Source: Macrostomum hystrix
Taxonomy: Eukaryota > Animalia > Platyhelminthes
Reading direction: 5' to 3'
NCBI GenBank assembly: GCA_950097015.1
Contig: CATNEN010000002.1
Span: 9,052,001 to 9,116,000, forward strand
Length of the DNA: 64,000 nucleotides
The position numbers and the translations under genes were made by a program. The notes under the pieces are model-generated. The model had not been told where the DNA came from. It did not search any database and worked only from the letters and a program-made list of their open reading frames with translations. The stretch's first letter is position 1; each line of letters starts with the position of its first letter. This document shows, one piece after another, positions 23,901 through 38,900 of the stretch.

Positions 23901-26900
23901 ACTGAAGTCTCTCAACGTGAATTTGCGTAGCCGAGCCAGAATGGGGTGTGGGCGCTGGTCATCTGATTGGCTGGTGCGGGTGTCCACTCAGTGCTTGCCC
24001 CGCTTTGCCAAACCCTTACAGTTAGCATTGAACAGACTCACCTTTTCAGCAGCAGCGGTGACTTTATTATTCTCGGTGCCTCTCAAGTCCTCCGGACTCA
24101 GCACAAGAAAAATTCTCCGGAATTGTTGCAAATGCTCAAATTGCAAATCGTTAACTGCCGAAAGTTCGTACCTGCCAGGTAGTCTGGAATCCAGTGCCGT
24201 CTTAAGTGCGTCCGTCTGATTGCTAAGGGAGCTGCTCATTGCTACGAGCACATGCGGATCTGCGCATTCCATAGAAAACTTTGACCCAAACGCCATTCCA
24301 CCTAAACTCGCATTCTTCGCCTGGGGTTGGGCAACAAAGCTCCTGCTTTCATTGTTCATGCACATTTTCAGACTCTCTTCGCTGGCCACCTCAACCAGCG
24401 CCACCTTTGAGCTCTGCTCAGTGCTGATGTGGCTCTCTGGATTGCTGAAAATCAGCCTTGGAAAGTAAGGATGGTAGATGATGATTTTCAGCGCCTCCTT
24501 GAACTGACTGAACATTTCCTCTCGAACTTCAGCAATGTCCAGTCCTTGCGATGCTTCAACGCTCATGCCTCGCATTGCGAACATTGGGGAGGCCCAGTCG
24601 GCGAAGATGACAGCGTGCGTCTCTCCTGAAGGTGTTCTTTGATCCAGCTCCATCAAGTAAATGAACACTTTTCTTTGATAGCCAAGGCCATCGAAATACA
24701 AAATCCCAGTTTTCACGCAACCAGGGAACAGTTCGACCGGACTGATGTCTTGACCCAGTTTGTCCGGAACAAGCACGAAATACTTTTTGAGCGCAATAAT
24801 TCTTTCAGGTGGCAGTTGAATTCCCACGCTACTCAGCTTGCTCTCACTGAGATGATCACCATCATAGAGAGCTTCTGTGATCCGAGTCTCCAGGTTGGGC
24901 ACAATGAGACGCAGGAAGGTTGTGGCGAAGTTCCAGGCGAAAGCTTCTCCGGTGCTCGCATGGCTCGCCGGATCTGGAGCAGGTTTTTAAGCAGCTTTTG
25001 ATTATGTTTTTGTTGTAAGCTGTGTCGCAGAAAGTCATCGCTTCAGAATCCTTGTTATCATATTATGTCGCAGCACATTTTACTCGTTGTTGACAAATAT
25101 TTTAGCTGGTCCACTAATGTGAGCTCTACTGAAGGGCTACGAAAGTAGAAGGACAGATGGCTCTCTGAAAGCGCTTGGATTTCGCTGACATTCTCTGAAA
25201 CTGGAATGGCCCCACCCAGCATTCAAACTGGCCAAGCAGTCATAACCAGAGGTCTTGCTAAACTCGATGTCCTGCGAACAATGGGGCTGAGACCGAGGGG
25301 CCAACGCGTCCTAGCTGCGTCTCGAAATGGCGCTTTGGTTATTATTCGTTGGAAAGAGAACTAGCCTAGCAACGCGAGAAGAGACAAATGCCTTTGTAGA
25401 ATGCCGCTCATGCGAACAAGACTAACCCTAACCATATTTTCCTTTTAACACAATCAATGAGTTTGGCATTAAAGTACACTCGTAAAAGCTGTTTTCCTGC
25501 ACACTGCAGCCTGAGAATGTGAGCCTCACTATACTCAGAATTAGGCCTCGAAATCCAGTGCGTTAATTTCTATCTGCTGCTGTAGCTGGGAGATAGAAGG
25601 CAAGCAACCTGTATACTCTCTAACAGGTAGAGTAGAACCTGTTATATTCGTAGAACAATTAGTTGAGGGCCATTTACGAGCTATAAGCGAAAAATGCATT
25701 GAGAAAATAAAAAACGGCAGTTTATCTGAACCAAATTTAATATACTGTAAGCCTTGTGAGACAGCAGCAGGTCTGAACTTTAGTCTGCGATACGCAGCAG
25801 GTTTCAAGCCCGAAATTGATTGAAAATGCTGTACATTTGTGCTTTTTAACAGCGCCACAATATAGTACCGATAATAAACAAGGAAACTCACGTTTGAAAT
25901 CCAACTGTCCAGTCAAGAGGGAGGGCGCCACCCCAGCCACCTTTTCCCCAGCTGATGCTGCTACCCCATTTTATAACTGGTGAACTCAGTTCTGTGTTGA
26001 ATTTGCTCGATGACCTGAAATTTGCTGTCCAGTCCATGCATTTCACTTAAAAAGCTGGCTTTTAAGTATTTTTCTACGAATTGAGAGCCTTGTATTTTTG
26101 TATCCTTCCAGTTTAGCAGCCCTTGTGTTTTGTATCCTTCCAGTTTAGCAGCCCTTGTGTTTTGTATCCTTCCAGTTTAGCAGCCCTTGTGTTTTGTATC
26201 CTTCCAGTTTAGCAGCCCTTGTGTTTTGTATTCTTCCAGTTTAGCAGCCCTTGTGTTTTGTATTCTTCCAGTTTAGCAGCCCTTGTGTTTTGTATCCTTC
26301 CAGTTTAGCAGCCCTTGTGTTTTGTATCCTTCCAGTTTAGCAGCCCTTGTGTTTTGTATCCTTCCAGTTTAGCAGCCCTTGTTGACTTCAATAGATATTG
26401 GAGCCTTCGCAGTGATTCACTGTATTTTCGGCACTGAACGAATCGAACAGCGGCAGGCACCAGCCCTATGTGCCGAGAATCAAATATATTAACCAGAGAT
26501 AGGAAGGGGGGTTTGTATGACGCCAGAATGAGAAATTACGCATGAGATATATGCGTAAAAACCAAGATCCATGCTTGCGTAAAAACTGAATTAAAAAAAT
26601 AGTGTATATTTAAGCACTGCAAAACAAAGACAGAATTTAAGTTCTAATCGCAAAAAGCAGAACAAAATCTGAAAAACTACTGCCAATAGTCTTGGTACAT
26701 ATCTTTTTAATTGTACCAACTAACAATAACTTTTTAATCTTAAAATCAAAATATTAACACACCAAAAGTGTGGGTAAAGATGTGAAAAAGCTGTATATAC
26801 ATGTAAGACTGCGAATGAGGCCATAAATGTAAATGTGAGTGAGGCTGTGAATGTAAGTAAGGCTGTGAATGTGAGTGAGGCTGCAAATGTAAGTGAGGCT

Positions 26901-29900
26901 GTGAATGTGAGTGAGGCTGTGAATGTGAGTGAGGCTGTGAATGTGAGTGAGGCTGTAAATGTAAGTGAGGCTGTGAATGTGAGTGAGGCTGTGAATGTGA
27001 GTGAGGCTGTAAATGTGAGTGAGGCTGTGAATGTGAGTGAGGCTATAAATGTGAGTGAGGCTGTGAATGTGAGTAAGGCTGTGTATGTAAGTGAGGCTGC
27101 GAATGTGAGTGGGGCTGTGAATGTGAGTGAGGCTGTGAATAAAGTTGTGAGTGTGAATAAGGCTGTGAATGAGGCTGTGAATGATTTCACAGCGCTTAAG
27201 ATTTGCAGCATGTCTGTGTCATTTTGAATAGCTGTATATCCCTCCCATTGTGTGTCACTTCTTTGTTATCCATTGCTTACTGTATATTGACAGCAGCGGA
27301 TCTCACAGTGTTTATGATTTGCAGCATGTCTGTGTCATTTTGAATAGCTGTATATCCCTCCCATTGTGTGTCACTTCTGTGTTATCCATTGCTTACTGTA
27401 TATTGACAGCAGCGGATCTCACAGTGTTTATGATTTGCAGCATGTCTGTGTCATTTTGAATAGCTGTATATCCCTCCCATTGTGTGTCACTTCTTTGTTA
27501 TCCACTGCTCACTGTATATTGACAGCAGCGGATCTTACAGTGTTTATGATTTGCAGCATGTCTGTGTCATTTTGAATAGCTGTATATCCCTCCCATTGTG
27601 TGTCACTTCTGTGTTATCCATTGCTTACTGTATATTGACAGCAGCGGATCTCACAGTGTTTATGATTTGCAGCATGTCTGTGTCATTTTGAATAGCTGTA
27701 TATCCCTCCCATTGTGTGTCACTTCTGTGTTATCCATTGCTTACTGTATATTGACAGCAGCGGATCTCACAGTGTTTATGATTTGCAGCATGTCTGTGTC
27801 ATTTTGAATAGCTGTATATCCCTCCCATTGTGTGTCACTTCTGTGTTATCCACTGCGTACTGTATATTGACAGCAGCGGATCTCACAGTGTTTATGATTT
27901 GCAGCATGTCTGTGTCATTTTGAATAGCTGTATATCTCTCCCATTGTGTGTCACTTCTGTGTTATCCACTGCGTACTGTATATTGACAGCAGCGGATCTC
28001 ACAGTGTTTATGATTTGCAGCATGTCTGTGTCATTTTGAATAGCTGTATATCCCTCCCATTGTGTGTCACTTCTGTGTTATCCACTGCGTACTGTATATT
28101 GACAGCAGCGGATCTCACAGTGTTTATGATTTGCAGCATGTCTGTGTCATTTTGAATAGCTGTATATCTCTCCCATTGTGTGTCACTTCTGTGTTATCCA
28201 CTGCGTACTGTATATTGACAGCAGCGGATCTCACAGTGTTTATGATTTGCAGCATGTCTGTGTCATTTTGAATAGCTGTATATCCCTCCCATTGTGTGTC
28301 ACTTCTGTGTTATCCACTGCGTACTGTATATTGACAGCAGCGGATCTCACAGTGTTTATGATTTGCAGCATGTCTGTGTCATTTTGAATAGCTGTATATC
28401 TCTCCCATTGTGTGTCACTTCTGTGTTATCCACTGCTTACTGTATATTGACAGCAGCGGATCTCACAGTGTTTATGATTTGCAGCATGTCTGTGTCATTT
28501 TGAATAGCTGTATATCCCTCCCATTGTGTGTCACTTCTGTGTTATCCACTGCGTACTGTATATTGACAGCAGCGGATCTTACAGTGTTTATGATTTGCAG
28601 CATGTCTGTGTCATTTTGAATAGCTGTATATCTCTCCCATTGTGTGTCACTTCTGTGTTATCCACTGCGTACTGTATATTGACAGCAGCGGATCTCACAG
28701 TGTTTATGATTTGCAGCATGTCTGTGTCATTTTGAATAGCTGTATATCCCTCCCATTGTGTGTCACTTCTGTGTTATCCACTGCGTACTGTATATTGACA
28801 GCAGCGGATCTCACAGTGTTTATGATTTGCAGCATGTCTGTGTCATTTTGAATAGCTGTATATCTCTCCCATTGTGTGTCACTTCTGTGTTATCCACTGC
28901 GTACTGTATATTGACAGCAGCGGATCTCAAGGGCTACTCAATGAATTAAAAATGCAGAAAAACTGAGTATTCGAAACCCAAACTAGATCAGTGAGTCTGG
29001 CTGTGAATGAGGTACTGAATGAGGCAGTGAATGTGAATGAGGCTGTGAATTAGATCGGGTGAGCTAGCTTTAAAGCAAGTTATGCCTTGCTTGACTTGAA
29101 CCAGGTAATTGTCATGATTGCGCAATAATCCCCTTTTTGTGTTAGTGTTTTATTTTTAATAGGAACGCAGTTCTGGGGTAAGTAATACTCAATCTGTTTT
29201 TGGTCCTTATCTGTTGGAGGTGTGATTGACAGTTTTGCATGCAGTCATGAAGCTACACTGTTCATTATTGACACCAGGTTGATATAAACGTATCTTTTTT
29301 TGACTACAATACTTACATTAACAATACCAATATTCTTGCGCAATGCCGTTAGCACCCCCAGTTTTAGGCCTCTCCAACTGTTGCGAAATGTCGAAAAAAT
29401 CGAGCTTCTGTTTCGGTCTCAAGGTTTGTGCTGTGCACGAGGTTGTAAATGTGGCTATGAATGTTAGTGAAGATGTGAATGAGGCTGTGAATGTGAGTAA
29501 GGCTGTGAATGTAAGTGAGGCTGCGAATGTGAGTGGGGCTGTGAATGTGAGTGAGGCTGTGAATAAAGTTGTGAGTGTGAATAAGGCTGTGAATGAGGCT
29601 GTGAATGATTTCACAGCGCTTAAGATTTGCAGCATGTCTGTGTCATTTTGAATAGCTGTATATCCCTCCCATTGTGTGTCACTTCTGTGTTATCCACTGC
29701 GTACTGTATATTGACAGCAACGGATCTCACAGTGTTTATGATTTGCAGCATGTCTGTGTCATTTTGAATAGCTGTATATCCCTCCCATTGTGTGTCACTT
29801 CTTTGTTATCCACTGCGTACTGTATATTGACAGCAGCGGATCTCACAGTGTTTATGATTTGCAGCATGTCTGTGTCATTTTGAATAGCTGTATATCCCTC

Positions 29901-32900
29901 CCATTGAGTGTCACTTCTTTGTTATCCACTGCTCACTGTATATTGACAGCAGCGGATCTTACAGTGTTTATGATTTGCAGCATGTCTGTGTCATTTTGAA
30001 TAGCTGTATATCTCTCCCATTGTGTGTCACTTCTGTGTTATCCACTGCGTACTGTATATTGACAGCAGCGGATCTCACAGTGTTTATGATTTGCAGCATG
30101 TCTGTGTCATTTTGAATAGCTGTATATCCCTCCCATTGTGTGTCACTTCTGTGTTATCCACTGCGTACTGTATATTGACAGCAGCGGATCTTACAGTGTT
30201 TATGATTTGCAGCATGTCTGTGTCATTTTGAATAGCTGTATATCTCTCCCATTGTGTGTCACTTCTGTGTTATCCACTGCGTACTGTATATTGACAGCAG
30301 CGGATCTCAAGGGCTACTCAATGAATTAAAAATGCAGAAAAACTGAGTATTCGAAACCCAAACTAGATCAGTGAGTCTGGCTGTGAATGAGGTACTGAAT
30401 GAGGCAGTGAATGTGAATGAGGCTGTGAATTAGATCGGGTGAGCTAGCTTTAAAGCAAGTTATGCCTTGCTTGACTTGAACCAGGTAATTGTCATGATTG
30501 CGCAATAATCCCCTTTTTGTGTTAGTGTTTTATTTTTAATAGGAACGCAGTTCTGGGGTAAGTAATACTCAATCTGTTTTTGGTCCTTATCTGTTGGAGG
30601 TGTGATTGACAGTTTTGCATGCAGTCATGAAGCTACACTGTTCATTATTGACACCAGGTTGATATAAACGTATCTTTTTTTGACTACAATACTTACATTA
30701 ACAATACCAATATTCTTGCGCAATGCCGTTAGCACCCCCAGTTTTAGGCCTCTCCAACTGTTGCGAAATGTCGAAAAAATCGAGCTTCTGTTTCGGTCTC
30801 AAGGTTTGTGCTGTGCACGAGGTTGTAAATGTGGCTATGAATGTTAGTGAAGATGTGAATGAGGCTGTGAATGTGAGTAAGGCTGTGAATGTAAGTGAGG
30901 CTGCGAATGTGAGTGGGGCTGTGAATGTGAGTGAGGCTGTGAATAAAGTTGTGAGTGTGAATAAGGCTGTGAATGAGGCTGTGAATGATTTCACAGCGCT
31001 TAAGATTTGCAGCATGTCTGTGTCATTTTGAATAGCTGTATATCCCTCCCATTGTGTGTCACTTCTGTGTTATCCACTGCGTACTGTATATTGACAGCAA
31101 CGGATCTCACAGTGTTTATGATTTGCAGCATGTCTGTGTCATTTTGAATAGCTGTATATCCCTCCCATTGTGTGTCACTTCTTTGTTATCCACTGCGTAC
31201 TGTATATTGACAGCAGCGGATCTCACAGTGTTTATGATTTGCAGCATGTCTGTGTCATTTTGAATAGCTGTATATCCCTCCCATTGAGTGTCACTTCTTT
31301 GTTATCCACTGCTCACTGTATATTGACAGCAGCGGATCTTACAGTGTTTATGATTTGCAGCATGTCTGTGTCATTTTGAATAGCTGTATATCTCTCCCAT
31401 TGTGTGTCACTTCTGTGTTATCCACTGCGTACTGTATATTGACAGCAGCGGATCTCACAGTGTTTATGATTTGCAGCATGTCTGTGTCATTTTGAATAGC
31501 TGTATATCCCTCCCATTGTGTGTCACTTCTGTGTTATCCACTGCGTACTGTATATTGACAGCAGCGGATCTCACAGTGTTTATGATTTGCAGCATGTCTG
31601 TGTCATTTTGAATAGCTGTATATCCCTCCCATTGTGTGTCACTTCTGTGTTATCCACTGCGTACTGTATATTGACAGCAGCGGATCTCACAGTGTTTATG
31701 ATTTGCAGCATGTCTGTGTCATTTTGAATAGCTGTATATCTCTCCCATTGTGTGTCACTTCTTTGTTATCCACTGCGTACTGTATATTGACAGCAGCGGA
31801 TCTCACAGTGTTTATGATTTGCAGCATGTCTGTGTCATTTTGAATAGCTGTATATCTCTCCCATTGTGTGTCACTTCTTTGTTATCCACTGCTCACTGTA
31901 TATTGACAGCAGCGGATCTCACAGTGTTTATGATTTGCAGCATGTCTGTGTCATTTTGAATAGCTGTATATCCCTCCCATTGTGTGTCACTTCTGTGTTA
32001 TCCACTGCGTACTGTATATTGACAGCAGCGGATCTCACAGTGTTTATGATTTGCAGCATGTCTGTGTCATTTTGAATAGCTGTATATCTCTCCCATTGTG
32101 TGTCACTTCTGTGTTATCCACTGCGTACTGTATATTGACAGCAGCGGATCTCACAGTGTTTATGATTTGCAGCATGTCTGTGTCATTTTGAATAGCTGTA
32201 TATCCCTCCCATTGTGTGTCACTTCTGTGTTATCCACTGCGTACTGTATATTGACAGCAGCGGATCTCACAGTGTTTATGATTTGCAGCATGTCTGTGTC
32301 ATTTTGAATAGCTGTATATCTCTCCCATTGTGTGTCACTTCTGTGTTATCCACTGCTTACTGTATATTGACAGCAGCGGATCTCACAGTGTTTATGATTT
32401 GCAGCATGTCTGTGTCATTTTGAATAGCTGTATATCCCTCCCATTGAGTGTCACTTCTTTGTTATCCACTGCTCACTGTATATTGACAGCAGCGGATCTT
32501 ACAGTGTTTATGATTTGCAGCATGTCTGTGTCATTTTGAATAGCTGTATATCTCTCCCATTGTGTGTCACTTCTGTGTTATCCACTGCGTACTGTATATT
32601 GACAGCAGCGGATCTCACAGTGTTTATGATTTGCAGCATGTCTGTGTCATTTTGAATAGCTGTATATCCCTCCCATTGTGTGTCACTTCTGTGTTATCCA
32701 CTGCGTACTGTATATTGACAGCAGCGGATCTCACAGTGTTTATGATTTGCAGCATGTCTGTGTCATTTTGAATAGCTGTATATCTCTCCCATTGTGTGTC
32801 ACTTCTGTGTTATCCACTGCGTACTGTATATTGACAGCAGCGGATCTCACAGTGTTTATGATTTGCAGCATGTCTGTGTCATTTTGAATAGCTGTATATC

Positions 32901-35900
32901 TCTCCCATTGTGTGTCACTTCTTTGTTATCCACTGCGTACTGTATATTGACAGCAGCGGATCTCACAGTGTTTATGATTTGCAGCATGTCTGTGTCATTT
33001 TGAATAGCTGTATATCTCTCCCATTGTGTGTCACTTCTTTGTTATCCACTGCTCACTGTATATTGACAGCAGCGGATCTCACAGTGTTTATGATTTGCAG
33101 CATGTCTGTGTCATTTTGAATAGCTGTATATCCCTCCCATTGTGTGTCACTTCTGTGTTATCCACTGCGTACTGTATATTGACAGCAGCGGATCTCACAG
33201 TGTTTATGATTTGCAGCATGTCTGTGTCATTTTGAATAGCTGTATATCTCTCCCATTGTGTGTCACTTCTGTGTTATCCACTGCGTACTGTATATTGACA
33301 GCAGCGGATCTCACAGTGTTTATGATTTGCAGCATGTCTGTGTCATTTTGAATAGCTGTATATCCCTCCCATTGTGTGTCACTTCTGTGTTATCCACTGC
33401 GTACTGTATATTGACAGCAGCGGATCTCACAGTGTTTATGATTTGCAGCATGTCTGTGTCATTTTGAATAGCTGTATATCTCTCCCATTGTGTGTCACTT
33501 CTGTGTTATCCACTGCTTACTGTATATTGACAGCAGCGGATCTCACAGTGTTTATGATTTGCAGCATGTCTGTGTCATTTTGAATAGCTGTATATCCCTC
33601 CCATTGAGTGTCACTTCTTTGTTATCCACTGCTCACTGTATATTGACAGCAGCGGATCTTACAGTGTTTATGATTTGCAGCATGTCTGTGTCATTTTGAA
33701 TAGCTGTATATCTCTCCCATTGTGTGTCACTTCTGTGTTATCCACTGCGTACTGTATATTGACAGCAGCGGATCTCACAGTGTTTATGATTTGCAGCATG
33801 TCTGTGTCATTTTGAATAGCTGTATATCCCTCCCATTGTGTGTCACTTCTGTGTTATCCACTGCGTACTGTATATTGACAGCAGCGGATCTCACAGTGTT
33901 TATGATTTGCAGCATGTCTGTGTCATTTTGAATAGCTGTATATCTCTCCCATTGTGTGTCACTTCTGTGTTATCCACTGCGTACTGTATATTGACAGCAG
34001 CGGATCTCACAGTGTTTATGATTTGCAGCATGTCTGTGTCATTTTGAATAGCTGTATATCTCTCCCATTGTGTGTCACTTCTTTGTTATCCACTGCGTAC
34101 TGTATATTGACAGCAGCGGATCTCACAGTGTTTATGATTTGCAGCATGTCTGTGTCATTTTGAATAGCTGTATATCTCTCCCATTGTGTGTCACTTCTTT
34201 GTTATCCACTGCTCACTGTATATTGACAGCAGCGGATCTCACAGTGTTTATGATTTGCAGCATGTCTGTGTCATTTTGAATAGCTGTATATCCCTCCCAT
34301 TGTGTGTCACTTCTGTGTTATCCACTGCGTACTGTATATTGACAGCAGCGGATCTCACAGTGTTTATGATTTGCAGCATGTCTGTGTCATTTTGAATAGC
34401 TGTATATCTCTCCCATTGTGTGTCACTTCTGTGTTATCCACTGCGTACTGTATATTGACAGCAGCGGATCTCACAGTGTTTATGATTTGCAGCATGTCTG
34501 TGTCATTTTGAATAGCTGTATATCCCTCCCATTGTGTGTCACTTCTGTGTTATCCACTGCGTACTGTATATTGACAGCAGCGGATCTCACAGTGTTTATG
34601 ATTTGCAGCATGTCTGTGTCATTTTGAATAGCTGTATATCTCTCCCATTGTGTGTCACTTCTGTGTTATCCACTGCGTACTGTATATTGACAGCAGCGGA
34701 TCTCACAGTGTTTATGATTTGCAGCATGTCTGTGTCATTTTGAATAGCTGTATATCCCTCCCATTGTGTGTCACTTCTGTGTTATCCACTGCGTACTGTA
34801 TATTGACAGCAGCGGATCTCACAGTGTTTATGATTTGCAGCATGTCTGTGTCATTTTGAATAGCTGTATATCTCTCCCATTGTGTGTCACTTCTGTGTTA
34901 TCCACTGCGTACTGTATATTGACAGCAGCGGATCTCACAGTGTTTATGATTTGCAGCATGTCTGTGTCATTTTGAATAGCTGTATATCCCTCCCATTGTG
35001 TGTCACTTCTGTGTTATCCACTGCGTACTGTATATTGACAGCAGCGGATCTCACAGTGTTTATGATTTGCAGCATGTCTGTGTCATTTTGAATAGCTGTA
35101 TATCTCTCCCATTGTGTGTCACTTCTGTGTTATCCACTGCGTACTGTATATTGACAGCAGCGGATCTCACAGTGTTTATGATTTGCAGCATGTCTGTGTC
35201 ATTTTGAATAGCTGTATATCTCTCCCATTGTGTGTCACTTCTTTGTTATCCACTGCGTACTGTATATTGACAGCAGCGGATCTCACAGTGTTTATGATTT
35301 GCAGCATGTCTGTGTCATTTTGAATAGCTGTATATCTCTCCCATTGTGTGTCACTTCTTTGTTATCCACTGCTCACTGTATATTGACAGCAGCGGATCTC
35401 ACAGTGTTTATGATTTGCAGCATGTCTGTGTCATTTTGAATAGCTGTATATCCCTCCCATTGTGTGTCACTTCTGTGTTATCCACTGCGTACTGTATATT
35501 GACAGCAGCGGATCTCACAGTGTTTATGATTTGCAGCATGTCTGTGTCATTTTGAATAGCTGTATATCTCTCCCATTGTGTGTCACTTCTGTGTTATCCA
35601 CTGCGTACTGTATATTGACAGCAGCGGATCTCACAGTGTTTATGATTTGCAGCATGTCTGTGTCATTTTGAATAGCTGTATATCCCTCCCATTGTGTGTC
35701 ACTTCTGTGTTATCCACTGCGTACTGTATATTGACAGCAGCGGATCTCACAGTGTTTATGATTTGCAGCATGTCTGTGTCATTTTGAATAGCTGTATATC
35801 TCTCCCATTGTGTGTCACTTCTGTGTTATCCACTGCTTACTGTATATTGACAGCAGCGGATCTCACAGTGTTTATGATTTGCAGCATGTCTGTGTCATTT

Positions 35901-38900
35901 TGAATAGCTGTATATCCCTCCCATTGAGTGTCACTTCTTTGTTATCCACTGCTCACTGTATATTGACAGCAGCGGATCTTACAGTGTTTATGATTTGCAG
36001 CATGTCTGTGTCATTTTGAATAGCTGTATATCTCTCCCATTGTGTGTCACTTCTGTGTTATCCACTGCGTACTGTATATTGACAGCAGCGGATCTCACAG
36101 TGTTTATGATTTGCAGCATGTCTGTGTCATTTTGAATAGCTGTATATCCCTCCCATTGTGTGTCACTTCTGTGTTATCCACTGCGTACTGTATATTGACA
36201 GCAGCGGATCTCACAGTGTTTATGATTTGCAGCATGTCTGTGTCATTTTGAATAGCTGTATATCTCTCCCATTGTGTGTCACTTCTGTGTTATCCACTGC
36301 GTACTGTATATTGACAGCAGCGGATCTCACAGTGTTTATGATTTGCAGCATGTCTGTGTCATTTTGAATAGCTGTATATCCCTCCCATTGTGTGTCACTT
36401 CTGTGTTATCCACTGCGTACTGTATATTGACAGCAGCGGATCTCACAGTGTTTATGATTTGCAGCATGTCTGTGTCATTTTGAATAGCTGTATATCCCTC
36501 CCATTGTGTGTCACTTCTGTGTTATCCACTGCGTACTGTATATTGACAGCAGCGGATCTCACAGTGTTTATGATTTGCAGCATGTCTGTGTCATTTTGAA
36601 TAGCTGTATATCTCTCCCATTGTGTGTCACTTCTGTGTTATCCACTGCGTACTGTATATTGACAGCAGCGGATCTCAAGGGCTACTCAATGAATTAAAAA
36701 TGCAGAAAAACTGAGTATTCGAAACCCAAACTAGATCAGTGAGTCTGGCTGTGAATGAGGTACTGAATGAGGCAGTGAATGTGAATGAGGCTGTGAATTA
36801 GATCGGGTGAGCTAGCTTTAAAGCAAGTTATGCCTTGCTTGACTTGAACCAGGTAATTGTCATGATTGCGCAATAATCCCCTTTTTGTGTTAGTGTTTTA
36901 TTTTTAATAGGAACGCAGTTCTGGGGTAAGTAATACTCAATCTGTTTTTGGTCCTTATCTGTTGGAGGTGTGATTGACAGTTTTGCATGCAGTCATGAAG
37001 CTACACTGTTCATTATTGACACCAGGTTGATATAAACGTATCTTTTTTTGACTACAATACTTACATTAACAATACCAATATTCTTGCGCAATGCCGTTAG
37101 CACCCCCAGTTTTAGGCCTCTCCAACTGTTGCGAAATGTCGAAAAAATCGAGCTTCTGTTTCGGTCTCAAGGTTTGTGCTGTGCACGAGGTTGTAAATGT
37201 GGCTATGAATGTTAGTGAAGATGTGAATGAGGCTGTGAATGTGAGTAAGGCTGTGAATGTAAGTGAGGCTGCGAATGTGAGTGGGGCTGTGAATGTGAGT
37301 GAGGCTGTGAATAAAGTTGTGAGTGTGAATAAGGCTGTGAATGAGGCTGTGAATGATTTCACAGCGCTTAAGATTTGCAGCATGTCTGTGTCATTTTGAA
37401 TAGCTGTATATCCCTCCCATTGTGTGTCACTTCTGTGTTATCCACTGCGTACTGTATATTGACAGCAGCGGATCTCACAGTGTTTATGATTTGCAGCATG
37501 TCTGTGTCATTTTGAATAGCTGTATATCCCTCCCATTGTGTGTCACTTCTGTGTTATCCACTGCGTACTGTATATTGACAGCAGCGGATCTCACAGTGTT
37601 TATGATTTGCAGCATGTCTGTGTCATTTTGAATAGCTGTATATCTCTCCCATTGTGTGTCACTTCTGTGTTATCCACTGCGTACTGTATATTGACAGCAG
37701 CGGATCTCACAGTGTTTATGATTTGCAGCATGTCTGTGTCATTTTGAATAGCTGTATATCCCTCCCATTGTGTGTCACTTCTGTGTTATCCACTGCGTAC
37801 TGTATATTGACAGCAGCGGATCTCACAGTGTTTATGATTTGCAGCATGTCTGTGTCATTTTGAATAGCTGTATATCTCTCCCATTGTGTGTCACTTCTGT
37901 GTTATCCACTGCTCACTGTATATTGACAGCAGCGGATCTCAAGGGCTACGCAATAAAAAAATGCAGAAATAACTGAGTATTCGAAACCCAAACTAGATCA
38001 GTGAGTCTGGCTGTGAATGAGGCAGTGAATCAGGCTGCAGTGAATGTGAGTGAGGCACATTGTACCTAATCTATGTTTCATACTCGTTGATGCACATCTT
38101 TCATTTTGAAATAAAGTAATATGCTGTAAAAATGAGTCACTACTGAAATGAGACAGTCCACCCCTTTTGAGTCTAAAAGCATAATGGGTTTGACACGTTC
38201 CATGAATGTTAAATTATTTTGACAACCCCATTCCGAACCAATAAAAATTAGAGTGAACATTACTTGTTGATGTCAAACTGCCACTTCATATAAAATGGGA
38301 CTTCAACTGGCTTTTCAAAAAGCCAGATTTCTAATTCTCAATTAATTTCATTTTTTCTATATATAATAATTCAAATGTCCAAACAATTTGAGTTTATAAA
38401 ACAGCTGATAAGCCGCAAAGGCAAACGCTATGACGTCGCTAAGCGGCAAAAGTCGTTTGAGAAAGAGCTCGCCGCGTCTGATCGATTTCAGTCAATGGTA
38501 AGTGAAAGTGAAGAGCATACTTTTACTAATAACTGCCCTGTCCCTACCACACTGCCCTGTCTCTACCACATTGCCCTGTCTCTACCACACTGCCCTGTCT
38601 CTACCACATTGCCCTGTCTCTACCACACTGCCCTGTCTCTACCACACTGCCCTGTCTCTACCACACTGCCCTGTCTCTACCACACTGCCCTGTCTCTACC
38701 ACATTGCCCTGTCTCTACCACACTGCCCTGTCTCTACCACATTGCCCTGTCTCTACCACACTGCCCTGTATCTACCACATTGCCCTGTCTCTACCACACT
38801 GCCCTGTCTCTACCACACTGCCCTGTCTCTACCACATTGCCCTGTCTCTACCACACTGCCCTGTCTCTACCACATTGCCTTGTCTCTACCACACTGCCCT

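Noticed and set aside
1550-24629. Recurrent plus-strand ORFs opposite the STING-like exons (e.g. MLPVPDLIIVGPAIG, MMQLHQVDEHF)
   Set aside because: Antisense shadows of conserved coding exons; they recur only because the exons are paralogous.
27201-37940. CRISPR array, or a tandem family of 69-aa Cys/His-rich peptides
   Set aside because: Units are contiguous near-identical 116-mers with no unique spacers and no cas genes. The ORFs overlap each other in rotating frames, mostly start at non-ATG codons, and are a by-product of the repeat.
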